Virus record (IMG/VR): IMGVR_UViG_3300005805_000119
Location: 1-51,744 of that record
Length of the DNA: 51,744 bases
Reading direction: 5' to 3' (one strand)
From: a virus
Lineage: Duplodnaviria > Caudoviricetes
Shown: positions 46,329-51,744 of the stretch, in pieces
Layout of the letters: each line of letters opens with the position of its first letter
Numbering within the stretch: position 1 is the stretch's first letter
Made by a program: the position numbers and the translations under genes
Notes under the pieces: generated by a model
What the model was told of the DNA's origin: nothing
Database searches by the model: none
Seen by the model: only the letters and a program-made list of their open reading frames with translations

Positions 46329-46466
46329 TCAGTAATCGTAGTTAGAGTTCAGAAAAGCATTAAAAGTTTGAGCATCATCACTCTCATCAAAGAGACCTTC
46401 GAGGTCTGCCTCAGTGAAATCAAATCCTTGAGATTCTTCAATTTGAATGTCATCAAAGTAGTTCAT
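46329..46466 (-). CDS. Very acidic 45-aa protein
   Basis: Manual translation MNYFDDIQIEESQGFDFTEADLEGLFDESDDAQTFNAFLNSNYDY; GAGGA RBS. Confidence 0.75.
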   Translation of the reverse strand: MNYFDDIQIEESQGFDFTEADLEGLFDESDDAQTFNAFLNSNYDY

Positions 46467-46491
46467 GGGTGTTCCTCAACTGAACAAATGT

Positions 46492-46550
46492 AATATACAG
46501 AAAACTAGGGTGCTTTGGGGAAAACAGTGGACAGATTATCAACTGTCCTT
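46492..46550 (-). promoter_or_regulatory. Palindrome-linked early promoter, copy 10
   Basis: GTGGACA-N10-TGTCCTT (46527-46550); 29-bp gap; TATATT; embedded in the tail of the upstream ORF. Confidence 0.75.
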
Positions 46551-46735
46551 TGAGTGTTTTCTTCATCATTCCAATGTCTAATAACACCTGCAACAATGAA
46601 ACAATTTGTTATTAGATAAGTGATAAAGATAAAAGTTCTGATAATGGCAATTTTATCAGATTCTTTATCACATTTACTTGCCTTTTCACCTAATGCCTTT
46701 GCCCACCATCTCCAAACATTCTTCCTCTTCTTCAT
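46505..46735 (-). CDS. Small membrane protein (76 aa)
   Basis: WRWWAKALGEKA...IAIIRTFIFITYLITNCFIVAGVIRHW. Confidence 0.8.
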   Translation of the reverse strand: MKKRKNVWRWWAKALGEKASKCDKESDKIAIIRTFIFITYLITNCFIVAGVIRHWNDEENTQRTVDNLSTVFPKAP

Positions 46736-46961
46736 AGATTGACTTTCTTGACTTGATGTATTCTAATTGGTTCCATTGTTCTCTATAACAAATCACAAGT
46801 AATCTTTCATTTGCATGAATGGAACAGGCAAGGTAGTTAAGTTCATCTTTAGGTCTGACAATATGTTCAATCGTAACATAATCTTCACACTCAAAATAAA
46901 TCCACCCTTCTACACCTTTATTCCATTTTACATAATCATTGACTTGTGGTTGATAAGTCAT
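46686..46961 (-). CDS. Hypothetical 91-aa protein
   Basis: YQPQVNDYVKW..GVEGWIYF; ATGA coupling. Confidence 0.8.
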   Translation of the reverse strand: MTYQPQVNDYVKWNKGVEGWIYFECEDYVTIEHIVRPKDELNYLACSIHANERLLVICYREQWNQLEYIKSRKSIYEEEEECLEMVGKGIR

Positions 46962-47239
46962 ACAAAGAACCTTTCTACTCCCTGATATTTAATAGGCATA
47001 GATGTCCATGGTCTTGTATCGTCAATATTTACACAAGCACCGATGGTTTTACTATTGATTGGGGCAAAGTATTCTCTGGTTTTGGATTTATAAAATCCCC
47101 ATATGGTTCTGGTTGTGGCACCATTGTTGTAATCAAACTTCCGATGACAACGCAACCAAATAGAAACAATACCACGTTTGAACTCTTCAAACTCATAAGA
47201 ATAACCTTTCGGTGCTTTATGTGGAAACTCAACAATCAT
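46958..47239 (-). CDS. Hypothetical 93-aa protein
   Basis: FPHKAPKGYSYE...TIWGFY...APINSK; ATG 47239. Confidence 0.8.
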   Translation of the reverse strand: MIVEFPHKAPKGYSYEFEEFKRGIVSIWLRCHRKFDYNNGATTRTIWGFYKSKTREYFAPINSKTIGACVNIDDTRPWTSMPIKYQGVERFFV

Positions 47240-47396
47240 ATTCGCGTTCAATAGAAAGAAGAGAAATTAGTGTTTTGAGTTTAGTAATTTCTTGTTCCTG
47301 TTCATTGATTTTGTTTTGAAGACGACGAATTTGTTCTCTATACTGTTCTTTCAATTCAAACAGCATTTTATTTGTATGAGCAACGTGATGTGTCAT
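47229..47396 (-). CDS. 55-aa coiled-coil protein
   Basis: Manual translation MTHHVAHTNKMLFELKEQYREQIRRLQNKINEQEQEITKLKTLISLLSIEREYDC. Confidence 0.72.
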   Translation of the reverse strand: MTHHVAHTNKMLFELKEQYREQIRRLQNKINEQEQEITKLKTLISLLSIEREYDC

Positions 47397-47398
47397 AA

Positions 47399-47641
47399 TC
47401 AGGTGGTGAAAGAGTCAACAACAGTAGATTCTACATCTTCAGCAAGAGCATAAGTTCGTGCGTTCAAGATGTTTTCCCGTAAAGCAGTATAATGCTGCTC
47501 ATAGAAGTTACCATCATCATCTGCAGAAATCAAATCAAAACATTCATCATCATCTTCCGCAATTACATTCCAAACACCACCATATTCACTCGCAGGAAAA
47601 GGAACATAATGCTGAACAATATAGAGAAACTTTTGTGCCAT
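47399..47641 (-). CDS. Hypothetical 80-aa protein
   Basis: YVPFPASEYGGVWNVIA; AAGGAG RBS and own promoter. Confidence 0.85.
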   Translation of the reverse strand: MAQKFLYIVQHYVPFPASEYGGVWNVIAEDDDECFDLISADDDGNFYEQHYTALRENILNARTYALAEDVESTVVDSFTT

Positions 47642-47664
47642 TTGTGTTGTTAAATTACTCCTTC

Positions 47665-47693
47665 AGTTTAATTGGTTTTTGGTCAACTGTCAA
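47665..47693 (-). promoter_or_regulatory. Sigma70 promoter without the palindrome
   Basis: TTGACA-17-TAAACT. Confidence 0.75.
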
Positions 47694-47699
47694 TTTGAA

Positions 47700-47858
47700 T
47701 CATTTTTGATATCGACAATCAGGATGTGGTTGTGGAAGTTCAGCACATACTTTATCATATGCTTTGAACAACTTTTGATCTCGTTGAATTAGAAACATAT
47801 TCCATCCAATCACAACAGAGAAACAAAGTGCAGTGTAGGTGATATATTTTTTAATCAT
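47700..47858 (-). CDS. 52-aa membrane-anchored protein
   Basis: Manual translation MIKKYITYTALCFSVVIGWNMFLIQRDQKLFKAYDKVCAELPQPHPDCRYQK; ATGA coupling. Confidence 0.72.
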   Translation of the reverse strand: MIKKYITYTALCFSVVIGWNMFLIQRDQKLFKAYDKVCAELPQPHPDCRYQK

Positions 47859-48268
47859 ACTGCCAGTGCTCCATTAGGAATTTCAACAATTTTAGGAAGT
47901 TCATTTCCAAGTGGGTTCATTTCATAGCAAACCCACTCACCATTGCGGAAGAGATAGTGATACTCTTCAGCATTCACAGCAAGAAGATACTCACACAGAT
48001 CAGCATCAAGGCGAGGAGGAGTATCTTCACCACGCTGAGAGTAATACTGAGGACCATAAACACCCTTCACACCAGTATTATCCCAACGCTCATCAGTCCA
48101 GCAGGAGGACACATCACCACCATCAATCAGTTCTGCAGCAAGTTCTTTGCTGTTGTAGTGTGTCTTCAGGATGCGACCCAACCATTCGGGATAACCATCC
48201 CAGTGATGATAGGCAGAAAGAATACTACCATCAGAAAGTTCAAGACCAATTCGTGAACGCGTTGCCAT
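47855..48268 (-). CDS. Conserved-type phage protein (137 aa)
   Basis: MATRSRIG...YHHWDGYPEWLG...LIDGGDVS...EEYHYLF; ATG 48268 lies downstream of promoter copy 11. Confidence 0.85.
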   Translation of the reverse strand: MATRSRIGLELSDGSILSAYHHWDGYPEWLGRILKTHYNSKELAAELIDGGDVSSCWTDERWDNTGVKGVYGPQYYSQRGEDTPPRLDADLCEYLLAVNAEEYHYLFRNGEWVCYEMNPLGNELPKIVEIPNGALAV

Positions 48269-48316
48269 GAGAGTGTTAAGAAAGGTTTGTGAGACATCTG
48301 TGTGCCTCATGAACAA

Positions 48317-48375
48317 ATAATAGAACGACACAGGGCAATTTCAAGATACCCTGTGCCAGTTCCCTGAGTGTCACA
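48317..48375 (-). promoter_or_regulatory. Palindrome-linked early promoter, copy 11, with a stem-loop over the -35 region
   Basis: TGTGCCA-N10-TGTCACA (48352-48375); 29-bp gap; TATTAT; CACAGGG/CCCTGTG stem at 48329-48355. Confidence 0.78.
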
Positions 48376-48966
48376 TCAGAAGTTCAGATAATCGTCGATT
48401 GCTGCTTCAAGTTTCTGAGAGAGAACTTGTGGAGGAAGAGTAGGAATAACTTTCATTGAACCAAGATCACATTCATAGTAGTGACCAAGATTCAATTCAA
48501 TCATTGCACCATCAGCACCATCTTCATAGAGAGAACGTGCCATCTCATCTTCAACAACAATTACACGATATGCTGTAAGATCCAGCACCAGCATGTAATC
48601 AAAGGTTTTGTTTTGTTTGAAATCCTCTACAGTTTTCTTTTCAGAGAGGAAAGATTTAACCTTGAACTTTTTAGTTTTGTGTGGAGTTCGTTTGAAGAAA
48701 AGGTTTTTACCCATCTTCATTTCAACTTTTACTTCTTCACCTTCAGGAGATTTCCAGATGAAGTCATAACCAGTTTGATCCACACGTTGAAGATCAGAAA
48801 ACTTGTCGATTGCTTTTTCTACAGCAGTCGCACGGGCAAAATTGTCTGCGTTAGAACTGAAACCTTTGTCGTTGTAAAGACTTTCAACAACACCAAAGAT
48901 TTTGTTCCAGTCTGCACCTTTCTCAAGGTGGTCGATCAGATGAGTCATAATGTCTGAATTGGACAT
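48376..48966 (-). CDS. PD-(D/E)XK-like endonuclease
   Basis: AVEKAI...TGYDFIW...KVEMK fits the E...D...ExK catalytic layout, with FDYMLV strand. The start may be ATG 48948. Confidence 0.6.
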   Translation of the reverse strand: MSNSDIMTHLIDHLEKGADWNKIFGVVESLYNDKGFSSNADNFARATAVEKAIDKFSDLQRVDQTGYDFIWKSPEGEEVKVEMKMGKNLFFKRTPHKTKKFKVKSFLSEKKTVEDFKQNKTFDYMLVLDLTAYRVIVVEDEMARSLYEDGADGAMIELNLGHYYECDLGSMKVIPTLPPQVLSQKLEAAIDDYLNF

Positions 48967-48970
48967 TTCA

Positions 48971-49029
48971 AAGATACACGAAAAAGTGGGTCAGTCGAGA
49001 GGTAGTGTGCCACTTGATTGACTGGCACA
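48971..49029 (-). promoter_or_regulatory. Palindrome-linked early promoter, copy 12
   Basis: TGTGCCA-N10-TGGCACA (49006-49029); 29-bp gap; TATCTT. Confidence 0.78.
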
Positions 49030-49167
49030 GTGTTGTTTAATATATTTTTTTGCTTGCAATACAGTATTAACAACATCTAACTGCTGTCCATTATGAATAA
49101 TCATAAGTTTGTTTTTATAGGGAATAGCAGCATAGGTGCCATCACCGACAATAAATCCTTCTTTCAT
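48991..49167 (-). CDS. Hypothetical 58-aa protein
   Basis: Manual translation MKEGFIVGDGTYAAIPYKNKLMIIHNGQQLDVVNTVLQAKKYIKQHCASQSSGTLPLD; ATGA coupling to the helicase. Confidence 0.75.
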   Translation of the reverse strand: MKEGFIVGDGTYAAIPYKNKLMIIHNGQQLDVVNTVLQAKKYIKQHCASQSSGTLPLD

Positions 49168-50408
49168 CGTTTTGTTACAGAAATGGCAGGTTCACCTTTA
49201 GCAAAAATAGTATCAACAACAGTCTGAATCTTCTTAGTGGTGCTGATACCAACAGAGTTGAAGGTAGGAATGATCACAAGTCCATAAGACTTCTGATATT
49301 GTGATAGGTTGCCAGGTTCAATCTCACCAGTGCGAAGACGTTTGGCATCATTGTGATGCAATCTTACCACGCGTCCAATAGTTTGAGTGATGCCAATGAC
49401 ATCCATTGATCGCATAAAGATCACTGCCTCAAGACCAGATACATTGATACCTTCAGACAAAATAGAATGATGAATAAGAATAAACTTCTTAGAATCATCA
49501 ACACTCCACTTGTGCAGAGTGTCAAAGAACTCCTCACGATTGACTTTCTTACCATCAATAATAGCACCAGTCTTAGATGTAATCACCATCCAAGAATATC
49601 CACGATCAGTTACCTCTTGGCAGAAGTCAGTTTGTGACATCAATGCAACAATTTGTTTGGTTGCTTTGGCACAAATCAGAATCTTAGATACACCAGAGTC
49701 ATCAATACTTTCCAGCAGATGATTGCGATCTCGTTCAAATACATTCATGCTGTCCAAAGATACCTGCTTAGCAACAATCTTAGGAGGAATGATGTAACCT
49801 TCATTCACCATTCGGGGTGCAGGAATGTTGGCAATGATGTTACCATAAACCTGCACATTATTCATCCCAGGTTTCTTTGGAGTTGCAGAATACTTTGGTG
49901 TTGCAGTGTAGAAATAGCAACGATCTGCATGTTGACTGAAGTATTCAGTGGCAACATAGAAGTTACGTTGAGTTGAATTATGTGCCTCATCAAAATGAAT
50001 TGTGTTCACTTTGATGCCTGCTTCCATAATCTTGTGCAGAGAATGGTAAGTGGTGAAGATTAGTTTGTGTTTAGGAGCATCAGGATTAAATGCAACTCTC
50101 ACTATCTGATCCCAGTTCTGAATATCTGCAGGTTTAGTGGTGCTGAAATGATGAGTTTCTCCTGAGTGAACATGAAGAACAGCAACGTTATCAATGTGCT
50201 CAAGATACTCAGAAGAGAGTTGATTTGCAAGCAAAATGCGAGGAGCAACAACAACAACAGTCTGTGGGGTTTCTTGTTCAAACTCACGCATCGTGTCAGC
50301 AACACCTACAAGTGTTTTACCTGCACCAGTTACAGCACAAATGATACCTTTGATATGATTCTGAGTTGCATCCAAACACTCTTGCTGATGAGGTCGAAGA
50401 GAAAGCAT
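49164..50408 (-). CDS. Superfamily 2 DEAH helicase (ResIII-like)
   Basis: Q motif LRPHQ, Walker A TGAGKT, FDEAH, TATP, LSEGINV, QTIGRVVR. Confidence 0.92.
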   Translation of the reverse strand: MLSLRPHQQECLDATQNHIKGIICAVTGAGKTLVGVADTMREFEQETPQTVVVVAPRILLANQLSSEYLEHIDNVAVLHVHSGETHHFSTTKPADIQNWDQIVRVAFNPDAPKHKLIFTTYHSLHKIMEAGIKVNTIHFDEAHNSTQRNFYVATEYFSQHADRCYFYTATPKYSATPKKPGMNNVQVYGNIIANIPAPRMVNEGYIIPPKIVAKQVSLDSMNVFERDRNHLLESIDDSGVSKILICAKATKQIVALMSQTDFCQEVTDRGYSWMVITSKTGAIIDGKKVNREEFFDTLHKWSVDDSKKFILIHHSILSEGINVSGLEAVIFMRSMDVIGITQTIGRVVRLHHNDAKRLRTGEIEPGNLSQYQKSYGLVIIPTFNSVGISTTKKIQTVVDTIFAKGEPAISVTKR

Positions 50409-50429
50409 GAAGTTCAAATCAATGAAGTA

Positions 50430-50470
50430 ATCATATCAGGAATCTGGTCCCTTGGCAAGAAGGTGTGCCA
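50430..50470 (-). promoter_or_regulatory. Early promoter copy 13 with only the proximal half-site
   Basis: TGTGCCA at 50464-50470, 28-bp gap, TATGAT; the distal half is absent. Confidence 0.6.
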
Positions 50471-50472
50471 GT

Positions 50473-51744
50473 TTACATACCGACTTTTAGAAATGGTGGT
50501 GGAGCTACATTTTTTTCAAAAATATCATCTTCTGAAAATCTTTTACCATCAAATATAATATAACCTCTTCCACTGGCAGCAGAGTAAAAAGATAAAAGAA
50601 CTTGTTTTTTCAATACTTCTTCAACATCTGCCTGATGTTTTGCAAAAAAGAATCCAAATTCAGCATTAGTAAGCAATGCATACGATTTTTTATATTCTGT
50701 GAGAAACTGTGATTTATATTTGCTTAAAATTTTCATCTTGTCATCTTTACTCAATAAACCTTTTTGTTTCTTTTCTTTTTCAACATCTTTTTTGATTTTA
50801 GATATTTTTCCTTTGATTGATATCTTAGATTTATTTGCAATTCCCAAAAACTTACCCATAGATCCAGGTGTTTTTGATAGATATGCTGTATATTCGGCAA
50901 AAAAATCTTGAAGTGTTTCTACATTTGCAGTTAAATCGTTGTTATTTTGACTTAGATAACCATATGCACTTCTTCCCTCTAACATTTGGTTTGCTAAATC
51001 CTCATAATTTTTGGCAAGATATAAGGATCTGTCATATTTTGTAGAGTACATTGAATTTGATCCAAGATCTTTATTTATTTTTTTGGGATCTAAATTATTT
51101 TTTTTACATGCTTGCTCAAAATAATGTATTCTTGAATCAGATAACTCTTGAAAGAATACTTTTAGTTTTGGATAGTTTTTAACAAGAGTGTAGAAATAAT
51201 TGATTGTAATACCACCCTCACCACTAGCAGATTTAGATCCTTTTGGGACAAAATGAATTGCATTACCAGTGCCAAAATTAGTGAATATGTGATAGTGCTT
51301 TCTTTCTTGTCTTTTATATACCAAATCAAAATAAACCAACAATCTATCAGTATCAGTAAATACGACAGGTTTTATATCAACAAATTCATTAACGGCATTT
51401 TCAAATTCTGAATATGTATTTCCAGAATCTTTTGCTATTCTCATTAAGTAAGATACATAGGTTGCAAATTCGTCTTGTTGTCTTTCCAAAAATGTTCTAG
51501 AAAGTGACGAAGGTAAATTAAAAACCTTTACGGGTATTTGTGTACTATTTTCATCAAGTTGTTTGAGAGAAATTGAATATATTTCGTTATCTTTCCAAGC
51601 CTCGATCATCAAATTTCTATACCTTTCCATTGTTAAAAATTCTTTTTTATTTTCGAGAACTTCTTTTTTTAATTTTGTTTCTGTTATATCAGTATTTTCA
51701 ATTAAAGTTTTAATTTCACTAAACTTTTTTGAATTGTTTTTAAT
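50473..51744 (-). CDS. Large Lys-rich, AT-rich hypothetical protein, 5' truncated by the window
   Basis: The frame stays open from the track start (51630) to the window edge. Contains YSISLKQ, weakly reminiscent of PD-(D/E)XK-derived folds. Confidence 0.75.
   Translation of the reverse strand: MKNNSKKFSEIKTLIENTDITETKLKKEVLENKKEFLTMERYRNLMIEAWKDNEIYSISLKQLDENSTQIPVKVFNLPSSLSRTFLERQQDEFATYVSYLMRIAKDSGNTYSEFENAVNEFVDIKPVVFTDTDRLLVYFDLVYKRQERKHYHIFTNFGTGNAIHFVPKGSKSASGEGGITINYFYTLVKNYPKLKVFFQELSDSRIHYFEQACKKNNLDPKKINKDLGSNSMYSTKYDRSLYLAKNYEDLANQMLEGRSAYGYLSQNNNDLTANVETLQDFFAEYTAYLSKTPGSMGKFLGIANKSKISIKGKISKIKKDVEKEKKQKGLLSKDDKMKILSKYKSQFLTEYKKSYALLTNAEFGFFFAKHQADVEEVLKKQVLLSFYSAASGRGYIIFDGKRFSEDDIFEKNVAPPPFLKVGM

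Noticed and set aside
36948-48331. Longer N-termini given by the track for ORFs ending at 36783, 42133, 43786 and 47855
   Set aside because: The extensions run into or through the promoter elements; downstream ATGs fit better.
37028-49029. Palindromes as CRP or NtcA sites
   Set aside because: CRP is TGTGA-N6-TCACA and NtcA is GTA-N8-TAC; the half-site spacing here (7-bp arms, N10) fits neither.
6418-50305. Nested minus-strand ORFs (6418, 11007, 24463, 35152, 35482, 43839, 47029, 50102)
   Set aside because: Out-of-frame overlaps inside longer genes with clear motifs, with atypical composition.
2-50911. Plus-strand ORFs in the six-frame track
   Set aside because: They lie antisense to well-supported minus-strand genes, lack RBS or recognisable motifs, and read like shadow frames.
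1-51744. tRNA or rRNA genes
   Set aside because: No cloverleaf with a T-loop consensus was recognised in the intergenic gaps. A tRNAscan-SE run would be decisive.

Overview
This window is part of a large T4-like myophage genome, most likely a cyanophage. The host is inferred from gene content and organisation; no photosynthesis genes lie in the window. Nearly all genes are on the minus strand. Bases 1-34,000 form the late virion-assembly block, read from right to left: gp25, gp6, a 3990-aa gp7, gp8, a 2604-aa VrlC-like protein, small ORFs, gp13, gp14, gp15, gp16, four intervening genes and the 5' part of gp17. It is punctuated by T4-type late promoters (ATAAATA). Bases 34,000-36,500 hold a small accessory block (GT2-like glycosyltransferase, ATP-grasp-like protein, small peptides, a structured non-coding stretch). 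Bases 36,500-51,744 are an early region of many tiny ORFs plus an RNA-ligase-like protein, a ParB-like protein, a PD-(D/E)XK-like nuclease and an SF2 helicase. Main hunting results: (1) 12 full copies and one half copy of a 24-bp palindrome, each 28-30 bp upstream of a -10 box, divide the early region into cassettes. (2) Divergent twin sigma70 promoters are followed by four 34-bp repeats and an AT-rich tract, a candidate origin or repeat RNA. (3) Three late-expressed proteins look like protease-processed, capsid-packaged cargo; two are multi-module polyproteins and each shares a module with an adjacent small gene. (4) The ParB-like gene sits between 37-bp direct repeats that regenerate the end of the upstream gene. 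All family assignments come from motif recognition only; no database search was run.
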